A stretch of 64,000 bases of DNA from the NCBI GenBank assembly GCA_934757845.1, contig CAKVLQ010000002.1, positions 54,958 to 118,957 on the forward strand. Direction: 5' to 3'. Positions 26,266 to 34,393 of the stretch are shown piece by piece. Position 1 is the stretch's first letter, and every line of letters starts with the position of its first letter. Both the position numbers and the translations under genes were made by a program. Source of the stretch: an uncultured Clostridia bacterium. Lineage in GTDB: Bacteria > Bacillota > Clostridia > Christensenellales > UBA1242. The notes beneath the pieces are model-generated. The model ran no database searches and had not been told where the DNA came from. It worked only from the letters and a program-made list of their open reading frames with translations.

Positions 26266-27519
26266 ATGAGTAAATACAAAATTTATGGTGGGAACTCCCT
26301 TTTTGGCAAAATTAATGTGGCAACAAGCAAAAATGCCACGCTTCCAATACTTGCGGGGGCGATTTTGTGTGAAAAAGAAGTTGTTTTGAACAATCTTCCA
26401 AAATTTTCAGATGTTGAAAATATGGAGAAAATTTTAGAGCATCTTGGGTGCGAAATTAACAAATCTCAAAACAAGACAATTATAAACACCGAAAATTTGA
26501 ATACATATTTTATTCCTAACATATTAACAAAAGGCATAAGAAGTTCAATTTTTATGCTTGGACCTATGCTTGCAAAATTTAAAAAAGCAAAAATTTCATT
26601 TCCGGGCGGGTGCAACATTGGAAATAGACCTATTGATTTGCATCTTAAAGGATTAAGAGCGTTAAACTGCCAAATTATTGAAGAACATGGCTATTTAGAT
26701 TGTGATGGAACAAACATGAAGCCAGCAGACATTCATCTTGATTTTCCGTCTGTGGGGGCAACCGAAAACATTATGATGGCGGCTGTAAACATTGCGGGAA
26801 GAACACGAATTTTTAATGCGGCACGAGAGCCTGAAATTGTTGACCTTCAAAATTTTTTGAACAAAATGGGAGCAAAAATTTCGGGTGCGGGCGATGGAAT
26901 AATTGTTATTGAAGGTGTTAAAACTTTTGCAAGGTTTGTTGAATATACGCCAATTTCTGACCGAATTATTGCGGGAACTTATCTTTTGGCGGGCATAATT
27001 TGTGGGGGAGATGTCGAAATTTGCAATATTAACCCCGACCATATTTATAGTTTAATTTCAAAACTTAAAAATAGTGCTTGCAATTTGGATATAAAAAATG
27101 ATAAAATAAAATTGAAAGTTAATTCAAAAATATCAAAAATTGATGTTGAAACAAATCCTTATCCAGGCTTTCCAACCGATTTGCAACCTCAACTTGTAAG
27201 TGCTTTGTCGGTGGCAAATGGAACAAGCGTTGTGAAAGAAAATTTGTTTGAAACTAGGTTTAAACATATTCCTGAATTAATCAAAATGGGTGCAAAAATA
27301 ACAGTTAAAGACAAACTTGCAATTATTAACGGCGTTGAAACATTAAGTGGGGCGGAAGTTTGTGCAACTGATTTGCGTGCTGGTGCGGCTTTGGTGCTTG
27401 CTGGGCTTAATGCAAAAGGTTACACTATTGTTGACGAAATTCACCACATTAATAGGGGTTATGAAAACCTTATGCAAGAACTTAACAGTTTGAATGCAAA
27501 CATTACACTAATTGAATAA
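26266..27519 (+). CDS. murA: UDP-N-acetylglucosamine 1-carboxyvinyltransferase
   Basis: N-terminus YKIYGGNSLFGKINVATSKNATLPILAGA, GGCNIGNRPIDLHL (catalytic Cys loop), full length. Confidence 0.95.
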   Translation: MSKYKIYGGNSLFGKINVATSKNATLPILAGAILCEKEVVLNNLPKFSDVENMEKILEHLGCEINKSQNKTIINTENLNTYFIPNILTKGIRSSIFMLGPMLAKFKKAKISFPGGCNIGNRPIDLHLKGLRALNCQIIEEHGYLDCDGTNMKPADIHLDFPSVGATENIMMAAVNIAGRTRIFNAAREPEIVDLQNFLNKMGAKISGAGDGIIVIEGVKTFARFVEYTPISDRIIAGTYLLAGIICGGDVEICNINPDHIYSLISKLKNSACNLDIKNDKIKLKVNSKISKIDVETNPYPGFPTDLQPQLVSALSVANGTSVVKENLFETRFKHIPELIKMGAKITVKDKLAIINGVETLSGAEVCATDLRAGAALVLAGLNAKGYTIVDEIHHINRGYENLMQELNSLNANITLIE

Positions 27520-28315
27520 TATGAAAAAAAACAAAAGTTTAACAATAGTTCTTATTATACTTGCATTTATTGTGCTTATGGTTATTTTGTCAAGCGCAAT
27601 TTTTTGCGTGAGAAATGTTGAACTTAATTTTTTGAGTGAAACAATAAATTTAACGGGTCAAAACGAGCAAATTTTGGCGTCTGGTGGCTTTAAAATGGGC
27701 AAGAGTGTGTTCTTTTGCAATAAAAATGAATATATTAAGAATTTGGAAGAAAACAACCCTTATATTAAAGTTTTGAACATAGAAACGATTTTTCCAAGCA
27801 CATTAAGAGTTAATGCTATTGAGCGAAATGAACTTTTGTGCATTAAAGGTTATGAAGATAATAGTTTGAAAGGTTATATGATTTTAGATGACGAACTTAA
27901 AGTTTTGAATAATCAAACAAGTTATCAAAACACCTATCTAAATTCAATTTTTGTGAATGTTGAAGGCGAATATTTTGAAAATGTTTTGGCTGGACAAGTT
28001 TTAAATAATGATTATAGCAACATTTTAAAAAGCCTTTCTGTTGAACTTTTGGCATATCGAAGTGATGTTAGGGTTTTGAAATCTGAATTTAAAGAAATTG
28101 ATTTGAGCCAAAATGCAACCACAAAAGAACTTAATATTACAATAAAAATGCGAACAGGGGCAGAAATTGTTTTGCAAAACGCAAATAATAGGCTTATGGG
28201 CAAATTTATGCTTGCACTTTCAACCTATGACAATGAAACTAACAAATCAAACATAAAAATTGTTGTTTATGAAAATAATGACGGCGAAATCGTTGGTTAT
28301 AAAACCACAAAATAA
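27512..28315 (+). CDS. ftsQ: cell division protein FtsQ/DivIB-like
   Basis: Single N-terminal TM helix followed by a POTRA-like segment (VRNVELNF..IKVLNIETIFPSTLRVNAIERNEL). Sits in the dcw context. Confidence 0.6.
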   Translation: MNNMKKNKSLTIVLIILAFIVLMVILSSAIFCVRNVELNFLSETINLTGQNEQILASGGFKMGKSVFFCNKNEYIKNLEENNPYIKVLNIETIFPSTLRVNAIERNELLCIKGYEDNSLKGYMILDDELKVLNNQTSYQNTYLNSIFVNVEGEYFENVLAGQVLNNDYSNILKSLSVELLAYRSDVRVLKSEFKEIDLSQNATTKELNITIKMRTGAEIVLQNANNRLMGKFMLALSTYDNETNKSNIKIVVYENNDGEIVGYKTTK

Positions 28316-28338
28316 TCAAGCAAAATGCTTGATTTTTT
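28315..28338 (+). terminator. intrinsic terminator after ftsQ
   Basis: Stem ATCAAGC/GCTTGAT followed by T6. A second weaker hairpin plus T7 follows at 28344-28368. Confidence 0.65.
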
Positions 28339-28392
28339 GTTAAAGCGGGTAATTAACCGGCTTTTTTTATTTTTAGAAATAATTTTAAACTT

Positions 28393-28893
28393 TTAAGGAG
28401 TTATAACAACAATTTTAACCCCTTGTTTTTTTGCATAATCAATAGTGCTTTTTGTTCCACCTGATTTTCCACCAAAAAGAGCAATTAAAAGCGAAGAATT
28501 GTTTATCATAAACCTATTTCGCTCTATCATGCACTCGCTTCCAATATAATTATCATAAATGCACCTTATGCTATCAAGTTTTTTAAGCAGACGCCTATAT
28601 CTTTTTTGGTCTTTTTCGCTCCATAGTTTGTCTTGCGTTTTGCAAGGAAGAGCGCCAATAAGTTTTATGTGCGGATAATGTTTTTTAAGTTTCAAAACCA
28701 TTTCGGCACAAATAGTGTCAAAGCCAAGTGCCATTCCACAAATAAATGTTGAATAACCATTATTTATTGCACTTATAATTTCTTTTTTAAGCCGAGATTT
28801 CATTTTTTTGCACCGCTCGTCTTTTTCATTAAACCCCCACGGCAAACTTTGTGCACGATGCCCCGAAAAGCAACAGGTGGTTGAGTTTAGCAT
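28393..28893 (-). CDS. DUF1273 / SLOG-superfamily protein (YpsA-like)
   Basis: GGAGG RBS. N-terminal TCCFSGHRAQSLPWGFNEKDERC and later GMALGFDTICAE..ALPC..Q..W are as remembered for clostridial DUF1273 proteins. Confidence 0.7.
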   Translation of the reverse strand: MLNSTTCCFSGHRAQSLPWGFNEKDERCKKMKSRLKKEIISAINNGYSTFICGMALGFDTICAEMVLKLKKHYPHIKLIGALPCKTQDKLWSEKDQKRYRRLLKKLDSIRCIYDNYIGSECMIERNRFMINNSSLLIALFGGKSGGTKSTIDYAKKQGVKIVVITP

Positions 28894-28908
28894 AGTTAAA
28901 CCTCCAAT

Positions 28909-28923
28909 GTCAAGAATATATCG
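28909..28923. promoter_or_regulatory. operator-like motif copy 1 (GTCAAGAATATATCG)
   Basis: One of three copies of GTCAAGGATATATCS in the divergent control region. Abuts the SLOG gene RBS. Confidence 0.5.
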
Positions 28924-28950
28924 TTTATATTCTCATATTGGGTCAAAAAA

Positions 28951-28965
28951 GTCAAGGATATATCC
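28951..28965. promoter_or_regulatory. operator-like motif copy 2 (GTCAAGGATATATCC)
   Basis: Contains the perfect 10-bp palindrome GGATATATCC. Confidence 0.5.
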
Positions 28966-28998
28966 CTGAATAATTAAAAATGTCAATGATAAACTAAA

Positions 28999-29013
28999 TT
29001 TAAGGATATATCG
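28999..29013. promoter_or_regulatory. operator-like motif copy 3 (TTTAAGGATATATCG)
   Basis: Ends 1 nt before the GGAG RBS of HTH gene 1, downstream of a TGaTAAACT extended -10 at 28987-28995. Confidence 0.5.
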
Positions 29014-29024
29014 TGGAGATTTTT

Positions 29025-29264
29025 ATGAAAACATTGCAAGCAATAACAAAAAGAATTTTGGATTTGTGTGAAGAAAGGGATATAACGCCTAACAAACTTG
29101 GCACAATTTCGGGCGTTGAGCCAAGCACTATAACAAGTATATTTTATGGGAAAAGTAAAAATCCTGGCATTATAACATTAAAGTCAATTTGCGATGGTCT
29201 TGAAATTTCAATTTTTGATTTTTTCAATGACCCGATGTTTAAAACTACTGATTTGGAAGATTGA
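29025..29264 (+). CDS. small XRE-family HTH protein, array member 1
   Basis: 79 aa, GGAG RBS. Cro/C1-like pattern ITPNKLGTISGVEPSTITSIFYGK..ITLKSICDGLEISIFDFF and an acidic tail DLED. Confidence 0.75.
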   Translation: MKTLQAITKRILDLCEERDITPNKLGTISGVEPSTITSIFYGKSKNPGIITLKSICDGLEISIFDFFNDPMFKTTDLED

Positions 29265-29267
29265 AAA

Positions 29268-29507
29268 ATGAAAATATCAAATGCAATTTCAATAAGATTA
29301 AGAGAGATTTTTAAAGAAAAGAATATAACACAATATAGGTTAGAGCAAAATGCTGGGATTTCTCACGCAACAATGATGGACATAATGAATGCAAAAAGAG
29401 ATAGTTGCAATGTTAAAACATTAATAATAATCATTAGAGCATTAGGTATAACTGTATCTAAATTTTTTGATAGCCCGATTTTTGAAAGTGAAGAATTAGA
29501 TTTGTAG
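29268..29507 (+). CDS. small XRE-family HTH protein, array member 2
   Basis: 79 aa. ITQYRLEQNAGISHATMMDIMNAK..IIIRALGITVSKFFDSPIFESEELDL. Confidence 0.75.
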   Translation: MKISNAISIRLREIFKEKNITQYRLEQNAGISHATMMDIMNAKRDSCNVKTLIIIIRALGITVSKFFDSPIFESEELDL

Positions 29508-29518
29508 GAGTTTGTTTT

Positions 29519-29761
29519 ATGAAAATTAATGAAGCAGTGGCAAAAAGAATTGATGAGTTGTTATTTAAAAATGGTTGGTCTTTATATAAATTATCAAAAA
29601 TTTCATGTATCCCACTTTCGACTTTAAAAAATTTATATACAAATCACACAAAAAGCCCAACACTATCTGTTGTGTTTAAAATTGCCGATGCTTTTAATAT
29701 TACAGTTATAGAATTTCTTGATTGTTCTTTGTTTAAAAGTGAAGATTTGGAGATTGGCTAA
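29519..29761 (+). CDS. small XRE-family HTH protein, array member 3
   Basis: 80 aa, AGGAG RBS. WSLYKLSKISCIPLSTLKNLYTN..KIADAFNITVIEFLDCSLFKSEDLEIG. Confidence 0.75.
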   Translation: MKINEAVAKRIDELLFKNGWSLYKLSKISCIPLSTLKNLYTNHTKSPTLSVVFKIADAFNITVIEFLDCSLFKSEDLEIG

Positions 29762-29762
29762 T

Positions 29763-30005
29763 ATGAAAATATCTATGGCGGTAGCAACAAGAATAAGAGA
29801 AATTTTGGCAGAAAAAAACATGACGCAATATAGGTTAGAAATAAATTCAGGTTTATCAAAAGGCACTTTAACTTCACTTATGTATGCAAGATATAAAGGT
29901 GTTAATTTAACAACATTAATAACAGTTATAAGAACTCTTGGAATTACTGTTGACGAATTTTTTAAAAGTTCGCTTTTTGATGAAGAAAATTTAGATTGTG
30001 AGTAA
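29763..30005 (+). CDS. small XRE-family HTH protein, array member 4
   Basis: 80 aa. The ATG lies 1 nt after the member 3 stop (the track ORF starts earlier, at 29718). MTQYRLEINSGLSKGTLTSLMYAR..VIRTLGITVDEFFKSSLFDEENLDCE. Confidence 0.75.
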   Translation: MKISMAVATRIREILAEKNMTQYRLEINSGLSKGTLTSLMYARYKGVNLTTLITVIRTLGITVDEFFKSSLFDEENLDCE

Positions 30006-30014
30006 GGATTAAAA

Positions 30015-30257
30015 ATGAAGTTAAACAAAGCGTTTGCAAGCAGAGTAAGAGAAGTTTTAAAGAATAAAAATATGACACAATATAAACTTGGTCAACAAAC
30101 GGGTTTATATCACAGCACGCTTACTGATATTTTAAATTGTAAATATCAAACACCAAATTTTAAAAATATGGCTTTAATAATTCGTGAACTTGGCATGAGT
30201 ATGCAAGAATTTTTTGATAGTGAAGTTTTTAATTTTGACAATTTGGAGATTGATTAA
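30015..30257 (+). CDS. small XRE-family HTH protein, array member 5
   Basis: 80 aa. MTQYKLGQQTGLYHSTLTDILNCK..IIRELGMSMQEFFDSEVFNFDNLEID. Confidence 0.75.
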   Translation: MKLNKAFASRVREVLKNKNMTQYKLGQQTGLYHSTLTDILNCKYQTPNFKNMALIIRELGMSMQEFFDSEVFNFDNLEID

Positions 30258-30393
30258 TTGCTTTTGTTTTAATAAATATGCAAAAATATAAATTTTTATA
30301 AATTTTTTTTGGTTTTGCTTGATTTGTGCAAAATTTTGTATTATAATGACTTTATAAATTGCTAAAATTTGGCATAAAAAATGTTTTTTTATG

Positions 30394-30423
30394 TTGACAT
30401 TTTGTGATTTGATTTTATATAAT
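30394..30423 (+). promoter_or_regulatory. sigma-A promoter of ftsA-ftsZ
   Basis: TTGACA, 18-nt spacer, TATAAT. A second TTGATT-17-TATAAT lies about 60 nt upstream. Confidence 0.6.
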
Positions 30424-30442
30424 TTAAACAAAGGATAATGCG

Positions 30443-31609
30443 ATGATGAGTTTGGACACTGCGGTTTTGGATATTGGTTCGTCTAAAATTTCAGTTATTA
30501 TTGGCGACAAAGGAATAAACAACACTTTCAACATTAAATCTAGTGCGGAAGAAAATTATGATGGATTTAGTGGGGGAGAGTTTTTTGACGAAGCGGGCTT
30601 TGCTTTGGCAATCCAAAATTGCGTTAAAAAAGCCGGCGAAAATTTGAGATACAAAATTAAAAAAATATATGTTAGTGTTCCAAGCGAATTTAGTTATGTT
30701 GAAACAAAAGAAGTTAATGTTACTTTTCCAAAACGAAAACGAGTGAAAGATGCTGACATTTTTGAAATTTTTGACGCAAGCCAAAAGTTTGACGAAAACA
30801 CTTTTGTGATTAATCGAAGCCCTATTTTCTTTATTTTGGACGATAATCGAAAAGTTGTGAACCCTGTTGGCGAAGTTACAAGCAAACTTAATGTTTTAAT
30901 ATCTTATATATTAACCGACAAAAAATTTATTAACCTTGTTAGTAGTGCTTTGAATGATATTGATATTTATAATGTTGAATTTATTTCATCAAGTTTAAGT
31001 GAAGCATTATATTTGCTTGACCCAGAAGTTAGGGACAGCGGGGCAATTTTGATTGACTGCGGTTATATCACAACCAGTGTTTGTTTGGTTAAAGGCGATG
31101 GACTTTTGGCGTTAAAAGCGTTTAGTATGGGCGGTGGACATATAACAGGAGATTTGTGTCAATGTCTTAATCTTTCGTTTGCACAAGCCGAAAATTTGAA
31201 ACGAAAAGTGGTTTTGAGTTTAGATGCAACTGATAATGATTTTTATGAAGTGAATGTGGGCTCAAATGTTCAACCAGTTTCGGCAAAACTTGTTAATGAA
31301 ATTATTTTGGCAAGGCTTGAAATGTTTAGCGATGTGTTTAAAAAAATATTAAATACCAACGAATTTAATGCACCAAAAACTTATTTACCTATTTATATTA
31401 CTGGTGGCGGTCTTAATTATTTGAAAGGAGCAAAAGACTATTTGGGCAAGCAAATGGGCAAAAATTTTGAATTTATTGCACCAAGTGTTCCACAAATGAA
31501 CAGACCACACTTTTCAAGTTTGTTATCGTTACTAGATTTAGCAATTACACAAGAAAAAAGCATCAAAAGAAGTTTTTTTCAAAAGATTTTTAAAAGAGGA
31601 GAAAATTAA
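30443..31609 (+). CDS. ftsA: cell division protein FtsA
   Basis: Actin-fold N-terminus [13 protein letters not shown], a GGG..TGD phosphate loop, and a C-terminal amphipathic helix [10 protein letters not shown]. Directly upstream of ftsZ. Confidence 0.85.
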   Translation: MMSLDTAVLDIGSSKISVIIGDKGINNTFNIKSSAEENYDGFSGGEFFDEAGFALAIQNCVKKAGENLRYKIKKIYVSVPSEFSYVETKEVNVTFPKRKRVKDADIFEIFDASQKFDENTFVINRSPIFFILDDNRKVVNPVGEVTSKLNVLISYILTDKKFINLVSSALNDIDIYNVEFISSSLSEALYLLDPEVRDSGAILIDCGYITTSVCLVKGDGLLALKAFSMGGGHITGDLCQCLNLSFAQAENLKRKVVLSLDATDNDFYEVNVGSNVQPVSAKLVNEIILARLEMFSDVFKKILNTNEFNAPKTYLPIYITGGGLNYLKGAKDYLGKQMGKNFEFIAPSVPQMNRPHFSSLLSLLDLAITQEKSIKRSFFQKIFKRGEN

Positions 31610-31611
31610 TT

Positions 31612-32838
31612 ATGTTTAATGACCAAGTTGCTGTTGCAAGAATTAAAGTTATCGGAGTTGGCGGAGGCGGTTGCAATGCTGTTAACCGAATGATTAATTA
31701 TGAATTTAAAGGTCCTGAATTTTGTGCCATGAACACAGATAAACAAGCCTTGATAACTTCAAAAGCCGAAACAAGAATTCAAATTGGCGAAAAACTTACA
31801 AAAGGTTTGGGCGCTGGTGCTGACCCTGAAGTTGGAATGAAGGCTGCCGAAGAAAGCAAGCAAGAAATTATGCAAGCGTTGGAAGGAACAGACCTTGTGT
31901 TTATTACTGCTGGTATGGGCGGTGGAACAGGAACTGGTGCTGCTCCTGTTGTTGCACAAATTGCCAAAGAAATGGGAATTTTGACCGTTGCTGTTGTTAC
32001 AAAACCTTTTGGATTTGAAGGCTCACGAAGGCTTGCTCATGCTGAAAAAGGTATTGATAATCTTAAAAAATATGTTGACACTTTGGTTGTTATTCCAAAC
32101 GAAAAACTTTTGCAAGTTATGCCAAAAGGAAGTATGCTTGATGCGTTTAGATATGCTGACGATGTTTTAAGACAAGGTATTCAAGGAATTACTGACCTTA
32201 TTATAACTCCAAGTTTGATTAACCTTGACTTTGCTGATGTTAGAACTGTTATGAAAAACAAAGGTTTTGCTCACATGGGAATTGGCAAAGCAAAAGGCGA
32301 AAACAAAACTTTTGAAGCAGTTAAAAATGCTGTTTATAGTCCTCTTTTGGAAACTGAAATTAGCGGAGCAACTGGCGTGCTTATTAATGTTAAGGGCGAT
32401 GTTGATTTGCCACTTGAAGAAATTTATCAAGCAGTTGACCTTGTTAAAGAAGTTGTTGACCCAGATTGTAACATTATTTTTGGTGCAGGAATTGACGCTA
32501 ATATGGACGATGAAGTTGAAATTACTTTGATTGCAACAGGTTTTGACGGGGCAAGTTTTGAAAAATCTTTGTCTAATGCCAATGTTGAAGAAAACAACAA
32601 AAATCGTTATGAAAAATTTATTAATCAATATAAAAACAATCCAAACATCACTTTGCAAAAACCACAACCAAGTGTTCCAACTCATCAAAGTTTGTTTAAC
32701 AAACAACAACAACAAGAAGTTCAACCAGAACCTGCTCAAAGTGCTCCAAGTTATTCAAGCAACAGCGCTTTAAACAATACAAGAGTTGAAATTGATAGTG
32801 ATATTCCTCCATTTTTACGAAAAATTAAAGGTAAATAA
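31612..32838 (+). CDS. ftsZ: cell division protein FtsZ
   Basis: [13 protein letters not shown], the tubulin signature [10 protein letters not shown], a Q/N-rich linker and a C-terminal DIPPFLRK peptide. Confidence 0.98.
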   Translation: MFNDQVAVARIKVIGVGGGGCNAVNRMINYEFKGPEFCAMNTDKQALITSKAETRIQIGEKLTKGLGAGADPEVGMKAAEESKQEIMQALEGTDLVFITAGMGGGTGTGAAPVVAQIAKEMGILTVAVVTKPFGFEGSRRLAHAEKGIDNLKKYVDTLVVIPNEKLLQVMPKGSMLDAFRYADDVLRQGIQGITDLIITPSLINLDFADVRTVMKNKGFAHMGIGKAKGENKTFEAVKNAVYSPLLETEISGATGVLINVKGDVDLPLEEIYQAVDLVKEVVDPDCNIIFGAGIDANMDDEVEITLIATGFDGASFEKSLSNANVEENNKNRYEKFINQYKNNPNITLQKPQPSVPTHQSLFNKQQQQEVQPEPAQSAPSYSSNSALNNTRVEIDSDIPPFLRKIKGK

Positions 32839-32843
32839 AAATA

Positions 32844-33254
32844 ATGAAAAAACAAGAATATTTTGAAAGTAGTGCAGAACTAACCATATTTTTTGATAGC
32901 GATTTTAATCCTAATATTTTAACCAAAATTTTGAATGTTAACGCAAGCAGAATTGTTCAAAAAAAAGATGCAACACAAAATTTATTTAACCCAAAAGGGC
33001 TTGGATTTTTTCAAATTGCAACAAATTCGGCAAAAAGCAAAGAACCTGAAATTGCGATTGCCACAATTTTGCAGTTGTTTATTTCAAAAGTTGATATGGT
33101 TAACAAAATTGTTAAAGAAAATAATGGGTTTATTCAACTTGAACTTTTTGTTAAAGTTTCAAAGGGTGGAAAAGCACCTTTTATAAATTTGTCAAAAAAT
33201 GCAATAAAATTGCTTTCTCAACTTGATGCTAATTTTAAAATTAATTTGATTTAA
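32844..33254 (+). CDS. DUF4279-like protein
   Basis: The N-terminal pattern AELTIFFDSDFNPNILTKILNVNASRIVQKKDA and the C-terminal INLSKNAIKLLSQLDANFKINLI match my recollection of the DUF4279 profile. No search was run. Confidence 0.5.
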   Translation: MKKQEYFESSAELTIFFDSDFNPNILTKILNVNASRIVQKKDATQNLFNPKGLGFFQIATNSAKSKEPEIAIATILQLFISKVDMVNKIVKENNGFIQLELFVKVSKGGKAPFINLSKNAIKLLSQLDANFKINLI

Positions 33255-33279
33255 AATGCCAAATTTTTGGCATTTTTTT
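33253..33279 (+). terminator. intrinsic terminator after the ftsZ/DUF4279 unit
   Basis: AAAATGCCAAATTTTTGGCATTTTTTT. Confidence 0.7.
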
Positions 33280-33461
33280 ATTAAAAAAAGATAAAAAAAT
33301 AAACTAATTGAAAAAAGAGAGAAAAAGCCAAATAAAAAATAGAACAAATAAAAAATACTAATAAAACAACAAACAAATAAAAATAAAAAATTTTAAACAT
33401 ATATTAAATAATTTTAAAAAGCAAAAATAGAAATATTACATTAAAATAAACTTGTCAAGAA

Positions 33462-33495
33462 ATGAGAAAATAATATTATTTTTCTCATTTTTTTT
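33462..33495 (+). terminator. 9-bp hairpin plus T7 abutting the spoIIGA ORF
   Basis: ATGAGAAAA-TAATATTAT-TTTTCTCAT followed by TTTTTTT. Overlaps a TTGTCA-16-TATTAT promoter-like element at 33452-33479. Confidence 0.45.
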
Positions 33496-34383
33496 ATGCT
33501 TTTTTATTTTATAATTTTAGTAAACATGGTTATATACATAGAACAAATTTTGATTGATAATTTTGTTATTAATTTTTTTATTTTGTTATCTTTAAAAGGC
33601 GTTTTAAAGGCGAAAATAAAAAAACTGAACATTGTTTTATCAAGTTTGCTTGGAAGCGTTATTTCGCTTTGTTATCCATTGTTTTTGAACATTTTTTGGT
33701 TTTCGATTTGCCTTAAAATTTTATTAAGTTTGGTTATGGTTTTGATGCTAAAAAAATGGCAAAAGGCAAAAGAATTTGTGCTTTATTATTTAACTTTTTT
33801 GCTTTTGACCTGTTTGTTTGGCGGAGTTTGTTTGTTTTTACTTGTTATGTTTGATAAAAACTTTTCGCCGTCAAATTATTCAAGTTATAGTTTGCCACTT
33901 GGAGTTATTTGCGTAATTGTATTTTTTGTTTTTTTGGTGGTTAAAAACATATTCAAAAATTTTTATAAACGAAAAAATGTTAATAATTTTGTTTATAAAA
34001 TTGTTTTAGAAAATAATGGAAATTTTGACGAAATTTTGGGCTTTTTGGATAGTGGGAATAATTTGGTTGACAACATAACAAAAAAGCCAATAACTATTGT
34101 TGACTTTTTTAGCCTGAAAAACTTAACAAAAGAAGTTAATCTTGCCGATATAGTTTTGAATAAGCAGGGCAACATTAACAAGGTGTTTAAAAATGCCCAC
34201 ACGATTGAAACTTTGAGCATTGGCAAAAATGTGAACAAAATTTTGGTTGTCCAAATTGATAAGTTAGAGATTTATATTCAAAATTCGGTGCATATAATTA
34301 ATGACGCAATAATTGGACTAACACTTAAAAGTTTTGTTTCGGACATTGGATATAGTGCATTATTAAATAAAAATTTGATGTAG
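33496..34383 (+). CDS. spoIIGA: sigma-E processing aspartic peptidase SpoIIGA
   Basis: Five N-terminal TM helices, GFLDSGNNLVD (the DSGN active-site motif), and a position upstream of sigE. The true start may be the ATG at 33526 (MVIYIEQ). Confidence 0.8.
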   Translation: MLFYFIILVNMVIYIEQILIDNFVINFFILLSLKGVLKAKIKKLNIVLSSLLGSVISLCYPLFLNIFWFSICLKILLSLVMVLMLKKWQKAKEFVLYYLTFLLLTCLFGGVCLFLLVMFDKNFSPSNYSSYSLPLGVICVIVFFVFLVVKNIFKNFYKRKNVNNFVYKIVLENNGNFDEILGFLDSGNNLVDNITKKPITIVDFFSLKNLTKEVNLADIVLNKQGNINKVFKNAHTIETLSIGKNVNKILVVQIDKLEIYIQNSVHIINDAIIGLTLKSFVSDIGYSALLNKNLM

Positions 34384-34393
34384 GAGAGAATTT

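Noticed and set aside
26258-26268. Leaderless murA from TAGAAT at 26260-26265.
   Set aside because: The hexamer abuts the ATG with no gap, so a TSS from it would fall inside the coding region. The upstream TTGACA (26225-26230) has no well-spaced -10. The promoter is left unassigned.
32167-32739. 190-aa antisense ORF inside ftsZ. Similar track ORFs lie antisense or out of frame within gatB, priA, murA, ruvA, ruvB, queA, recJ and relA (for example 469-735, 26695-27042, 46334-46765, 55240-55662).
   Set aside because: Each is fully embedded in a gene with unambiguous family motifs. They have low-complexity, Phe/Leu/Lys/Asn-rich composition, as expected from AT-rich antisense frames, and no RBS.
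33451-33460. Spo0A box near the spoIIGA promoter (TTGTCAAGAA).
   Set aside because: TGTCAAG differs from the 0A-box core TGTCGAA at a key position. A single imperfect hit in AT-rich DNA is not evidence.
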